NCBI RefSeq assembly: GCF_009914755.1
Contig: NC_060942.1
Reading direction: 5' to 3' (one strand)
DNA: 64,000 nt
Origin: the human T2T-CHM13v2.0 reference genome, Homo sapiens
Part shown: one piece after another, positions 43,382 through 56,851 of the stretch
Numbering within the stretch: the stretch's first letter is position 1
Layout of the letters: each line of letters begins with the position of its first letter
Notes under the pieces: generated by a model
Told to the model about the DNA's origin: nothing
The model's database searches: none
What the model saw: the letters and a program-made list of their open reading frames with translations, nothing else
Position numbers and translations under genes: made by a program

Positions 43382-43680
43382 CACTCACACACACGGGCAA
43401 ACACACACGTGTGCACACACACTCATGCACACACCCACACATGTGCACACTCACACGTGCACACACACAGACATGCACATTCACACATACACACACAAGC
43501 ACGAGCATGCACACATAGACCCACGCACTCATACACATGTGCACACACACACAAACATGCACACATTCACACATACACAAGCACAAGCATGCACAGACAC
43601 ACGCACTCATACACACGTGCACAAAGCACGAGCATGCACACATAGACACACGCACACATATACACGTGCACACACATACA
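43382..43680. repeat. Imperfect (CA)n/(CACG)/(CATG) microsatellite
   Basis: About 300 bp of mostly alternating purine-pyrimidine sequence. Confidence 0.95.
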
Positions 43681-44199
43681 AATGGGGAAGCAGAGGGTCA
43701 TCAGTTAGGGTGGGTGGGTTCAAAAAGTTTTTTTCTGCAGAAAAATGTAAATTTAACCACTCACTCATTCATGGATTTTAACGGTTCTCAGCACATCAGA
43801 CACTCCGCAGAGATTCTAATGACTCCCAGCTCTGCATCCTCAGCCTTGACCTCGCCCCACTCATCTCTTGCCTGAGGAACAGCCCTCGATGCCTTCAGGC
43901 TCCACATCCCAAGAATTCCACGTCGTGTCCACTCCCCATCATGCCACAGCCCCCCAGCAGCCACAGAGGTCTCTCTGTCCCCGAGGCCGTCCCGTCCATC
44001 GCCCCTCCCTGTCTGATGGAGGATTCCCTGCTCCCTGCGTCCTCAGCACAGAAACATGTATGAGCTCTGCCATCATAAAACAACTGGAAACCATAAAGTG
44101 GGGGAGGCTGAGCCAGAATCTTTCTGCCCCCTCGTGTCCCTTAACCACAAGCCTCCAACCCTAGAGCCCTCCCAGTCCTATTCCTCTACCCACAGTTCT

Positions 44200-45260
44200 C
44201 AGGACTCTGTCTCCAGGGAAGTCTCACCATCCTCATCTTCCCAACATCCCAGAGTAGACGCTGAGGGTCTCACCATCTCTCCACTCACCCTCAAGCCAGA
44301 AATCCCTTGAATTTAAGCCTCAGCCCAGTTGAATCCTTGCTGTCTCCCTCAGTGACATCATTCATTCCAGCAGCCTCAGTACCACCCGATGGCTGACTGC
44401 ATTCACATCCATCTTTGCAGCAGCCTCCAACACCGCACCTTCATGCCCCCCAGGCACAGGAATCGTAAGGCATCCCTAACAGACATCATAGTTGCCTGTA
44501 AATCTCTTGGAAGGAGTTGCCCAAGCTAAATATTTGAAGACATTTTGATAATTCCCTGTCCCTGATGCCCTTCCCCAAATCATCTGACGATAGTGCCCTG
44601 CCAGTTCTGACTCCGCTCTCATTTTACCTCTCCCTCCATCACCCGCAGCTCCTGCCACCTCCCATCATGTTATCGGGAATCCTCTGACTCAATGCCATGC
44701 ACCATGTCAATCTAACCTGTCCATAGACACAAAAAGTCAGGCACAAGTCTGATCAGACCACTCCTTCATACTCTCCACTGCCCTTGGGTTGAGCTCCAAG
44801 CCCTTCCACGTGGTGCAGGTCTGGCATTGTGACCTCCCAGGCTCATCTGGGACACCCCCTGCCTTGAACTTAGCATCTCATCCAAAGCAAACACGGCGGC
44901 CACCTGTGGGCTGTGGGCACCCCCTTTCACTCCCAGCCTCCCCACTCAGCCCGTGCCTTTTGTGGTCTTCAGGGCTCATCCAGGAGAGTACCTCTTCCAG
45001 GAAACACCATCCAGTCTCCCTTTCCATCCTGGTGGAGCTGAGAACTCCACCCACACCCACACCTGTCACTGTCTTGCCAGTGACACAAAACTGCTGTTAC
45101 AGACATTTGCACCTACCTGTCTCTAGACTTTGAACTCTTTAGGGATAAAAACCATGTTTTCTTTGTCATTCTTGCCCACGGCTGCATGCCTGATGCATAG
45201 TAGTTGTTGATGAATGTTTCCGGAATAAACAGATGAGGAAAGAATGAATGAATGAATGGG
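44200..45260 (+). mobile_element. L2 LINE 3' relic
   Basis: Pyrimidine-rich body; end 'ctagactttgaactctttagggataaaaccatgttttc...gcctgatgcatagtagttg' with (tgaa)n tail. 5' boundary uncertain. Confidence 0.7.
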
Positions 45261-47399
45261 CTCGTAGAGTTCCAGGATGTGGAAAGGTGGCTACCTGCAG
45301 CCACTTTTTTTGACTGGCGAAACATCTTCACAAGACTCCATATTCTGTGGGTTTCTCATGCAGGGTCAGGTCACTTTAGCAAAGGGGTTTCTGCATGGCA
45401 GGGTCACCCGTCAGCAGAGGGAAGGTGCTTGACAGATGGCAAGTAGTGAAGGACCCCACAGACGAAGCTCCCGAACAAAGCAAGTTCGGGAGTGAGACAA
45501 ACCGGGGCCCTTCAGTGCAAGGGCAGCAGGGGAAAGCCCGCAACTCTCAAAGGGTTTGTGCCACGGATGGCCTTGGGGTGATCAGTGCCCAGGTCCTCAG
45601 CTTCCACTCTGCTCCTGCCTCACGCCAGTTGGCTTGAGAACGTGCCTGTGACGGTGAACCCCCCGCCTACCCTCCCCTCCGAGTCTCGCACACACTGGCG
45701 CTGGGTGACAGCCGACTTCAGGAAGCAGCGGGAGAATGGCAACAGTGCCATCAGATCCACAAACCTGTGAGCCACGGGGGCTCATGACAGCGAGCTTTTA
45801 CAAGACAAATGCATCCAACAAGGTGGAGGGAGCACCTACCTGAGTCCTGGGCTGATCCATCATCAGAAATCCTTTTGGTGATAGACCATCGTGTGATCAT
45901 TGGCGTGTAACTCATGGCGTGTAACTCAGAAGGAGATCAAAGCATTGAGTGCTGTTTGTACAATGAAGTTCCTTCCATTTCTATTCACTTATATTTCTCA
46001 GTATTTGCATCTATAAACACAGAAAACAGGAGTAGGTTTGCAGATAAAACACTATCCCATTCTAGCAATGAGGAATATTTATCCACAAATATATAACTAA
46101 GTAGGAGGGAAAAGCTGTATCCATCCCATTAATAAACATTCTTCTGATCATGTTTAATAATTATTAAGATTATTAATAATTATTGATCAAATTTTTTAAT
46201 CTCTTTATTTTTGATTAACTATGCACTAATGATAATTATATTAATACCAGAAAAAAATTAGAGCCTTAAGGACATAAAACTTTTACGATTATTTTAATTT
46301 TAGCTACATGCATATTTTTCTGGCAGAGAAGTGTAAGATAATGGACAACAAACTTCAAACATAATATCTACATAGCACTGGGGTACGTTTCTATTGGGGA
46401 GAGAAACAGAAATACATGTTTAAAAGGAAAAAACAATATTAACCTTCCAGCTGTCGAGAGGCGCCTGAGTATGTATTTTTCAGTGGACAATAGCTAGCAT
46501 GTATCAAATTACTATAGTATTTAGATTCCATATGATAGATTTTAAAGGTATTGTAGAAGTTTAACTTTAAAAGATCAATATGTATCTCAATATAATGGGA
46601 ATTATATCTTTGCAAGTATTTAAACACAGTGGAAAAAACTTAGATGTCGCAGGGCATGTCAGGGCTTCTGGGCTGGGGCAGAGTGGAGGCCAAAGGCAGC
46701 AAGAAAGGGGTCAGAGAGGCCTTGGGCACGAGCCTTGGATGCCACGGTGAAGGTTAAGCACCTGCCCCTGCAGGATGGCGGCCTAATGTGGGCAGGGGCA
46801 AGGGTGAGAGGGAAGCATGAGTAGTCAACGACCCAGGGCAGGACGCAGATGAAACCATCACTTACTGTCCTCCCTGTGGCCGCCCTTCAGAATCCTCACA
46901 CGGATGAACTCTTGCAACCTTCACCGTGGTGCTATAAGATAGGAACGACTATCTGTGAACCACCTCTGACAGCTGGCCGGTCGAGGCACTAGCCCAGAGC
47001 CGCACAGCTGGTAAGAGTCGGTGCCGTGGCAGTCACAGCTGCCACGCTCAGGTGTGCAGCGCTCCGCCCCCTGCCCCTGGGCAGCCTTAGTCCAGTGCCA
47101 CAGGTGTCTGTTGTCCAAACATCGTGCCTACCTGGGGACAGGACCTGTAAAACATATCTGGACAAAGCATGAGAGCCAAACCAAACATCTGCAAGCCAGC
47201 ATTTTGGCCTCACCCTCCGTCAGAGCTCAGGGCCCAAAAGGGTCACTTAGGTGAAAAGGGTTGGGTGGGTGACGAGGTGGAGCGAGGGATCAGGGGTCCA
47301 TCCGGACCCTAATTCAGCATCCGAGTGGATGGAAGTTCAACTCACCGAGCCGGGGTATTAGGATAAAGACTAAGCTTCTAGAACAAAGAGGCCCCCAAG

Positions 47400-48100
47400 C
47401 GGAGAAGCTCCCAGAGGCTAGCGGTTCACGCCATCCGCAAGCAACAGGCGAGACTGCAGGTGGGCCGGGCCCGCTCTCCACCTTGTGGTTTTGGTCCCAG
47501 GTCCTGTCCTCGTCTTCGTGGTTGAAGCTGTTGCAGATGCCTCCTTTCCACCCTGGGGAGGGGGTGAAAATCCGGGGCCCTGGACGCCGTTTGCTCCAAG
47601 GAGGGAGAATTTTCACGTGGCCTTTTCATGCCCCTCACTGGTGGAAACTGATCCCCACAGCTGCACCTGAGCCACAGCGCGGGGCTTTGCTCCTGGCTCG
47701 ATGCTCATGTTCTGAGGAAGGACAGGAACCCACAGGGACACGGGCGTCGGCCCAGGAAATCCGGGAGGAGGAGCAGGTTTCCTGGAATTGGAAGCAGCCG
47801 GTGAGGAAGATGCTGGAGACGCCCTGAGACGGCGGCTGAGACACCGAGCTGAGGCCGAGGGCACCGGCTCGGACCGCCTGGGCCATCCCCACAGGGTTAG
47901 CAAAGACGCAAGAGGGCGTGAAGCCACGCGGTCGCACACCTGGTACCGCGCACAGTGAGAAAGGAGGGCAAGTGCGCTGAGACCCAGGAGGGAGGGCAGC
48001 CCTCCCCTGCGCTGCTGAGGCTCGTTTCTTTCAATGTGTCCCTGGCTCTGTGCTGTATCGTGCGTTTCAGTGTGCATGAAATATCTTGTGCAATCATTTA
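47400..48100. promoter_or_regulatory. CpG-rich segment continuing into a GC-shifted L1 relic
   Basis: Dense CpGs, e.g. 47820-47955. Not quantified. Confidence 0.45.
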
Positions 48101-48179
48101 CGTGAAATTAGAGCTAGTAGGAAAATGTATCGTCAGGCGTGGAAGAGCGCACTGCACCTTCTTTTTACTTGCGCGCACC

Positions 48180-48885
48180 TGAGGATTGTCTAAAATCCAG
48201 GCCTCACGGGACTCCCAGAGCCCGTGCTCGTCACAGCTGCTGGCTACAGAAACACAGCCTGCAAAGTCGGCCTCACCGCCAGCCAGACGAGCCCAGCCAG
48301 TTTCCACGAGCAGGGGAGGGCACACCCGGAGGCCACCGTGGAAAGCAGCCTGGCTGCCCTCGGGAAGCCACACGCGGAGCCGCCGCGGCCCAGCACTCCC
48401 ACCCCTCGATGTGTGCCCAGGTCGAAGGAAGGCTTGCCACCCGAAGGCCTGCACGGGAAAGCTCACAGCAGCGTTCTCCAAACAGCCAAAACGCGGAAGC
48501 AACCCCGATGTGCGTGGGCTGGTGAATGCAGGCCCAGCGCGGAGTGCGCACAGCCCGGAACGGCATTCAGCCAAGAAAAGACCCACAGCCGGGAACAGCA
48601 TATTCAGCCAAGAAAAGAAAGGGCGGCCTGGGGCGCTCTGCACCGCGGGTGAGCCGTGAGAACACGGCGCTCCGGGAGAGAAGCCAGCACGAGACGCTGC
48701 CTCGGGCGCGACTCCATTTACTTGAAGTCCAGAGCCCGTAAATCCGCGAGACAGACATGGAGGAGCGGCTTACCAGGTCTGGAAGCAGGGAGGGGAGTGA
48801 GGGACTGCTGAGGGGTGCGGGTTTCATGTGGGGCCATGAGAAGGTTCTAGAATTAGATGGTGGCGATGGTTGCTCCACGCTGCCA
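48180..48885 (+). mobile_element. Old L1M (L1MB-like) 3' end, strongly GC-shifted
   Basis: Landmarks in L1M order: 'cagcagcgttc...cagccaaaacgcggaagcaacccc', 'attcagcc', 'agaagccag', 'ccattta', 'aaatcc..gagacaga', 'gttctagaattagatggtggcgatggttgc'. Confidence 0.75.
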
Positions 48886-49170
48886 TGGGGGCAGCTGAGG
48901 GAAAGGAGGTGGGATCGGGGCTCGGCCAGCTCTCGCCCTCTCTCGTGTTTTTCCACGGTCCTTCAGGAATGGGAGCACGGGCAGGGGAGGGCAGGACTCT
49001 GGCCCTCAAAGGTGGGAGCAGGGTGCAGACACCCAATTCCGAGGGTCTGCAGACATGAAAGGGCAGCGGGCAGCTTTCATCTGGGCCATCTCCAAAAGCA
49101 AAAATGAGATCTCATTAACACAATGAAAGCAACACCCTGAGAGCATCTAGCTTCACTAAAACCGGAAATT

Positions 49171-49471
49171 GCCAGGCACGGTGGCTCACACCTATAATCC
49201 CAGCCCTTTGGTAGCCTGAGGGGAGCGGATCACTTGAGGTCAGAAGTTCAAACCTGCCTGGCCAACATGATGAAACCCCTTCTCTACTAAAAATACAAAA
49301 CTTTGTCAGGTGTGATGGCTCACGCCTATAGTCCCAGCTACTCAGGAGGCTGAGACAAGAAAATCATTTGAACCTGCGAGGCAGAGGTTACAGTGAGCCA
49401 AGAAATGTGCCACTGCACTCCAGCCCGGGCAAAAGAGCGAGACTCCATCACAAAAAAAAAAAAAAAAAAAA
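49171..49471 (+). mobile_element. AluS SINE
   Basis: Full dimer with poly-A followed by a purine-rich tail. Confidence 0.94.
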
Positions 49472-50452
49472 AGAGAGAGAGAAAGAAGAAAAAAGAGAAA
49501 GAAAGATTTCTAGCTGTCAAACACACAAAAGGTGTTTCTGCCACAAGAATTTGTTAAAAGCTTCACATTCTCCTCTTCATACCCCTGTAGGAGCAAAACT
49601 ATCCAAAAACACAGAAGTGACATCATGATATGCCACCTTATTTCTTGCGCCTGTCTGCAGAGGCCTGGGGTGACTCAAATCCGCCGCTGCTGTGTGATCT
49701 GGGACACTTCAGGATGTGGGCACCGTGGGGAACCAGCTTGGTGCCCATCTTGGAGGTGTCATTCTGAGAACCTGGAAGCAGCTCTTGCCCAAGTCACACT
49801 CAAGAGCCACGGCTTTGTTAGGCATTGCCACATTTTCCAGTGAGTTCCATGCTCAGGTATGAAGCCGGGTGAGCAGGGGCTCTGAGGCCACTGGTTTCCA
49901 AGACAGGCGGAGATTGCACAGCAAATGCTCAGAGCCTGTCGGCCCCTGGGGGGGGACGTTGGCCCTGGAAACCAATGATACGCCACACTGGGCCAGGAAC
50001 TTGTCCACATCACAGCTCTTGCTACTGTGTGTTTCCGCTGGAGCTCTCCGTGGCTTCCTGCTGTGTTGATCATGCCTCTTAATAAAGGCAGGGGGTTGGA
50101 AATGACGCCAGAGCTGGGCAAATTTAGTCCAGCAGAAGGTGCTCAGTTTTGCTACTGGTTAAGTCGTAGAAAGGAAGAGGGCAAAACTCAGATAAATCAT
50201 CTCTGAAGATGCTCCTGAGAAAATCCATGCTTTGTTTAGATTGTTCCTGCTTTGTACAGCCCGGGATAAGCCTGTCATGATTACCAGAAAGCAGAGATGT
50301 GGGCCACGGAAGCATGGGTGAATGCCGATGATGAATACAGCTGGAGAGAGTGGGACGTGGTCTGTCCACCCCTCATTAGGTGAGCAAGCGCAGAAAACGC
50401 ATTTTCATCCCCCAGGCTTCTGTATACTCTCGTGTGGAATAAAAACTCTATT

Positions 50453-50780
50453 GCTCCGGTCTGCATGTTGCTGACGCCCCAGAATCCCGATGTGACAGCC
50501 TCGTACCTGAAGTGACAGTGTTCAGGGTGGGGGCTTTGAGGAGTGATTAAATCATGAGGGCTGCACCAACGTGAATGGGATTTGTGCCCTTATAAAACAG
50601 GCTGGAGCATGTTCCTGTGCCCCCTTTGGCCACGTGAGGACACCTTGAAAGGCCACTCACGAGGAACAGTCCAGGCACTGAATCCACTGGCGCCTCCAGA
50701 ACTGTGAGCAGTAACATTCCATTGTTTATAAATTACTCAGTCTCCAGTACTTGGTTCCTGCAGCTAGAACAGGCTAAGGC
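50453..50780 (+). mobile_element. MaLR solo LTR (MLT1A/MST-like)
   Basis: 'ggggctttgaggagtgattaaatcatgaggg...tgaatgggatttgtgcccttataaaa...cctccagaactgtgag...ttgtttataaattactcagtctc...aacaggctaag'. Confidence 0.8.
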
Positions 50781-50959
50781 CTCTGTCCGTGTTCCAGGGA
50801 AGCCTCCACAGGGCAGTCACTGCTGAGGATACTCCGAGCAAAAGGTTCCGTGATCCAGCACGGTGATGCGCGCCCACTGTGCGACTTCCAGAGATCACCG
50901 TGGCATTCGTAAACCAGGAACCTCGTGGATCTTTAGCCGTATTAAACGTTTCCTAAACC

Positions 50960-51750
50960 TACATGTGTATTGGCCATCCATAAATCTTTGGAGGAACGTC
51001 TATGTAAATCCTTTGCCCATGTGTAAAGTTGGGTTATTTGGTTTTTATTACTGAGTTGTGAGAGTCCTTTTGTAATATTTTTCTTACTGAGTTGTGAGAG
51101 TCCTTTACATATTCTGAATTTAGGTGCCTATGATTTGCAAATACTCTTTCCATTCTTTGAGTTGTCTTTTCACTCTCTTGATGGTATTGTTTCAGCACAA
51201 AATCTCTCATTTTGATGAAGTCTAATTTATCTATTTTTTCCTTTTGTTGCTTGTGTTTTCCATGTGCTAAGAAACCATTGACTAACTCAAGGTCATAACT
51301 CGTATTTGCTCCTGTGTTTTCTTCTAAGAGTTTCAGAGTTTTGGTCTCACACGTAGGTCTGTGATCCATTGTAAGTTAATGTGTGTGTATGTGTGAGGTA
51401 GGAGTCTGAGATCATTCTCTTCATGTGGATATTCAGTTGTCCCAGCAGAATTTGTAGAAATGGTCAATTGAGTTTTCTTGGCATTCTTGTCAAAAATCAA
51501 TTGACCATGTATACAAGGGTTTACCGGGGGCTCTAAATTTTATCCCATTGGTCCAAGTCTTCCTTACACCAGAGCCATGCTGCCATGACGACTGTACTTC
51601 CTAGAACATTTTGAAATCAGGAAGAGCGACCCTTCAATTTTGTTCTTCTTTTTCAAGCTGATTTTGGCTCTTCTAAGTCTCTTTCTTTTCCATGTGAATT
51701 TGAGCATTGACGTGTGAATATCTCTAAAGAAGCACAGGGATTTTGATTTC
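50960..51750 (-). mobile_element. Old L1M ORF2 fragment
   Basis: Minus ORF 51034..51369 'KTLKLLEENTG...KEKIDKLDFIK' resembles the L1 ORF2 C-terminal region; 51564..51887 has 'LKFTWKRKRLRRAK'. Confidence 0.88.
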
Positions 51751-52067
51751 CTGGAATTCTTGGTCTTCTTTAACTCGACACCAGTTATCGGCAGGCAGGT
51801 GCTGAGAATGCGCAGAGCAGTGGGGTAGAAAGACCATGATAGAGAGGAGGGGAGTGGAGTGGAGACGTTGGGGTGGGGGGGGACCAAGGTCAGTTACATG
51901 ATGGTCACCGTCACTTTAGCAAATAGTGGCAATGGGGGATTTTGTTGTTTCTAAAACTCCTTTGTTTATCCTATAACCCCTTCATCCTTTAAACTAGACC
52001 TCAGCCCCCATACCTCAGAAAAAGGAGGCCGCAGGATAAATGGAAAAAGAATCAAAAATGACTCAGC

Positions 52068-52368
52068 AGCCAGGTGTCATGGCTCACGCCTGTAATCCCA
52101 GCGCTTAGCGGGGCCAAGGCAGGCGGATCACTTGAGGCCCAGAGTTGGAGACCAGTCTGGGCAACGTGGCAAAACCACTTCTCTACAAAAGGCATTAAAA
52201 TTAGCCAGGCGTGGTGGTGTGCACCTGTGGTCCCATCTACTCAGGAGGCTGAGGCGGGAGGGTGGCTTGAGCCCGGGAAGCGGAACGTGTAATGATCCAA
52301 GATCGTGCCCCTGCATTCCACCCTGGGCGACAGAGCGAGACTCTGTCAAAAAAAAAAAAAAAAAAAAA
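52068..52368 (+). mobile_element. AluJ SINE
   Basis: Full dimer with poly-A. Flanking 'gactcag' repeat. Confidence 0.93.
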
Positions 52369-55300
52369 GACTCAGGAATAAAAAGGAGCAAGCAGTGACA
52401 TGTGTGACCACGAAGGTGACTCCCTAAAGCATGTAGCACAAAAGCCAAACACAAAGAAGGCCGCACACGTGATTCCACACATACATGATATGTACGTACA
52501 GGTGATGCCGGCTGACAACAACAGGAGGGAGACATGGGGAAGGAAGGTTACATGTCAACCTGACAGACACAATGAAAGAATACAAACGATACACAGATTT
52601 CTGCTTTATTTTGTATAGCCGTGAGCTAAAGCCTTAACATAATAACCTAACTCATTGTTATTAATTCCATTTCTGTTTCTTAAAAATGTTCACAAGGAGA
52701 ATCACTGTTCATAGAATCCCTGTTCAAAAGAGCAGAACCATGCTGCTTAGATGATGCCAGAAACCGTCTCCTGTGGTCACGGATGTCCAGGGAAGCAGAA
52801 GCTGGGAAGAAAAATCTCTCATTCCAATAGAATAGAATAGTCAACTGGGAATTCCAATAGAACAGAACAGTCAACTGAGATCTCTAAAAGAAAGGTGTGT
52901 GAGACACACAGACTGCGAATCTTAGCAAGGAGTGTGCCACAGAGGAGTCAGGGCTCCTAAAAATAATACCAGCCTAAATAATGTCTTCACATGACACAGA
53001 TAGGTATAGAGACAGAGGCAGAGAGAGACGTGGAGGTGATATAGATACGGGTATGGATTATTGATTTGGATATAGACTGGATATAGGCACACAGACATGA
53101 ATGTGTCTAACGGAACTGTTCAGCCTTGTGTTTGCTAAATCTTTGTATGCTACAAAATATTTTCCTTCCTTTTGATCTGATTCATACATGAATATCAAAC
53201 TAGTACGCCCCCATGTCACAAAACTCTCAAAGAATGATCTAATGCGATTAAAAGGAGCAAGGAGGGAGCCGCTGGGACGTCGCACCTGCCGCCCCGTGAG
53301 TTATTGGCCTCTTAAATGTCTACAGCCCACCCCGTCATCGAGCCCCTGTATTTACCCTTAAGGCACTTCACAGCTGCTGAATGGCTGTCTATGGCAGTTT
53401 GGTGGAAACAATAATAATACATTATAAATCAATGAAAATGAAGTTTTGCTGTGATAATCGGATATAGATTTGCCAACATTTGTATGAAATTCAATTCTGT
53501 TTGATTGCATCAGCATATGCTGTGTGGCACTGCTAGCACTATTGATTTGAAGGTTCTTATCCATATGTCTAAATTATTTCTATTACATCTTTGCATTACT
53601 GTTTAGAAATAACCTGGGTAAACCGAAGCCATTTATTCCATTTTCAGTGGTATTTTCTTCTGATTCTAGTTAAATGCTCAGGTCTGTATTTTGAATGGAA
53701 AGAAATGCCTTTTTTTTCAGTCCTCCTTTCTTTAACAACAGCTAATGCTAAGCTATAATGGTAATGTGCCTATTTCCATGTTTAACATTCATTGTTGTCA
53801 TTATTGTTATTATTTTCATTGTTATCTTTTTCTGAGAGCATCTGACTGTTATGATGGGTCAGATTTTCAAATAGCACTTTAAATGATTCCAGACGCTACA
53901 GCTACACATTAATCTTCTTTTAAAAAAAATACGGTTGTGCGTCTTACTGAGGACAATTAATCAGTGAAAATACTGAATTTCCGACACAGAGTCGAAAAGA
54001 AAAGGAAACCAAAGGGGCAACCTCTTGTATCTGTCTAGTGCTTTATAGTTTCGAAAACTCTTTGGCTACCTTTAGCTCATCTGACATAACATCCTTTAGG
54101 ATAGATGGACCAGGCTTGGTTACCCCCATTTTGAAGTGGGGAGGAAGGCCCATTAGTGTGAGGATTTGGGCTACAGCTCAGGTCTACAGATTTCTGCCCA
54201 GGAAAATCCCCACCTCGGCTCGCAGACCCAGTTTTCCTTCACTCCGAATCTTCAGTTAATATTACCTTATGGGGCGGGAACGAGAAGTTAATATATTCAC
54301 TTAATGAGGCTTTTCTGCTTTAAAATGAAATTGATTTCTAAATAAGCGCACCCAGAAGTTAGCCTACCATATGGCTTTAAAATATTTCAGAGTCTTCGGT
54401 TTTTTTAAGGTTGCATGATGATTCCTCGCCCAATAGTGACATTTTCCCTCAAACTGCACCTGCCGTCTTTTATAATGGAACTTATGTATTGTAAATAAAG
54501 CAACTATTTCAACTTCAACAATAGCCCTTTACAATGAGAATAAATCACAGTGCTGTAATCAGCACACCCAAGCCCACCACAACTCCAAAAGTAGAAGAAA
54601 CATTCTCTCCCTTTAGAGATTATTTCAGCAATCCCTGCACATACTTTAAATTTGTATTTACACATGAGACAAAATCACTACTGTGAATCACAAATCACCT
54701 TAGAAGATGACTTTGTATCTCCGCTGAGTAGATTCTACCTGCAAATGGGAATAGGTAGCACACAGTCATTTTTAACAACACACAATACAAAAAGTTAATT
54801 TGCTTTTACTTTCTACTGCATTAGTGCTTTCCTTTTCGCACCATGACCCTTTATTTTTAAGTAAGTACTCTTAGGTGGGGGAAAAAGCAACCACAGATAC
54901 AGCTGCTAAGTCGACACGTGCCTCTGCGCCTCCACAGGGCAGTGTGAGTCCCGGAGCCCAAGCGAGACAAATGCAGCCAGGGCAGAACAATGGCCGGACC
55001 CCAGCATCTGAGCAGCTCGGCAGAAATGGCCCAGGACAGATGGCTGTCTCCTCCAGTCTTACACACCTCCAGGGACAGGGAGCCTCGGAGCTCCTAGCAA
55101 CGTGCTATGAGGTTAAATAAACCGTTTCACCTGGGCTTCCTGGAGCTCTAGAACTTAGTAGAAAGTGTTCAGGAGGCCCTGAGATATCGACGCACATAAC
55201 ACGCCTCTGAGTCCACCCCTCCCTTGCCTGTCATGACTGTGATTGCCAATAGAATTGGGGTTGGGGGTGACGGGCCTTAATTTCATTTGATGACAAGGCA

Positions 55301-56642
55301 TTAATTTCTTTGCAAAATAAATAGCTTTGGCAAGCCACATTTTTAAAAGTCGTGCGTTAACTTTATTTAACTGAAATTTAACCCCAATCAAATCGGGCCG
55401 CAGTGCACACACAGGCACCTTCTGTGAGTGATCACCAGGGATTACTTGAGCAACAACAGGTCCCTTTAATTGATTTTAACAAATGGAGCTTTCAGATTAA
55501 AGATATGCTGCTTAAAAAGCAAGAGCTCCAAATTCCACATCAGATTTTTAGTCTCAGGTGTTCGTTTATAACATGATTAACAGCTATCTTTATTTCATAG
55601 TCCAATGTTGACCCTGAAGATTTTAATGTAAGTCCCATTTAAAGTCTAATTTATACCACTTCGGATTCAGCTTCATACTTTACCAAAACCCTTGTTAAAG
55701 AGAACTTTACGTCGTGGTTTTACAAATCATTTTCACACTGAACTCCACTCACACGATACAGAGTTACCAGCCAGCTGTTCCAATAGACTATCACCAACAT
55801 GTTAGAGATGACACTAGTGTGGCCAATGCAAGCGTGTGTGAACGAGCCGGCTCTGTGCACGGCACATTTCATATCACTGCTTTCCTCTTTTTACAAAATT
55901 AAAGACGAAGTACAGAAACAGAACTTTCATATCATAAAAGCCAGAACTCATGGAGCTGGAAAATAAACACATCCCAAATATTGGGCTCCCGAATTGCCCT
56001 TCATTTTTTTGTACACGTAGCTATCCAGACAAGGTCCCCTGTTGACAACCTGTACATTTCCTGCTCCGAAATGAAACGGAGGGCTTGTGTCACATACATC
56101 TGTGAGCAGAATCTCCCAGGAACGGCATTCGAGATGAAACACGCATGGGTCTTCTGAAGAAAGACCTAATAGCTACGGGAAACTGGCTTTTTATAGGGAT
56201 TTGAATACCTTGCAATTAAAATTGCTTAAAGTAAGAGAGTTGTGTGTGCGTGATTTTAAAAATGTCATCTCTCACCTATTCTGGAAGTTTCTGGTTTTGC
56301 TGTGCGGCCCACTGCTCTTGAACATCCCGGGACCTTTGTCACTCTCCTGTGACAACCAAAATGTGGCTGAGCTGAGCCATTACCGCATCACTGTTTCTTT
56401 TTCCAAAATCCCTCCAGGCCCAGGGTCCCATCGCGTGCAGTCCCTGCTGTGCTACACACTCACCTTGGATCGACGTCTTTGAAGCCTCCGGGGGCTGCAT
56501 GTGTAGCGGAACAGGCGATGCTGAAGTCTTCCTCAGTGACTTCTCTGAAAAGCGAGCGTTCCACGTTGCCCGGCACCCACGACTCTGAGACTGTTTTCTT
56601 AAGGATCATCTAAGTGCAATCTAGTGATGGCGCCCACGCCTC

Positions 56643-56851
56643 GACGTGCTCACCCACCCGCATGTTTACTCCTGGACGTCCAGGGGAGGAGCTGAGAGTG
56701 GAACGTCCATCGCCCGTGGGGCCATCCGGGGATCTCGGCTTTGGAACGTGCTCATCCACCTGCATGTTTACTCCTGAAAGTCCAGGGAAGCTGAGAGTGG
56801 AGCATCCATCGCCCATGGGGCCACCCAGGGGTCTTGGCTTTGGAACGTGCT
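56643..56851. repeat. Tandem duplication of about 100 bp x2
   Basis: 'acgtgctca(c/t)ccacc(c/t)gcatgtttactcctg...gctgagagtgga...ggctttgga' twice, then 'acgtgct'. Confidence 0.92.

Noticed and set aside
43272-43875. Cys/Val- and His/Thr-rich ORFs
   Set aside because: Translation of a (CA)n-type microsatellite.
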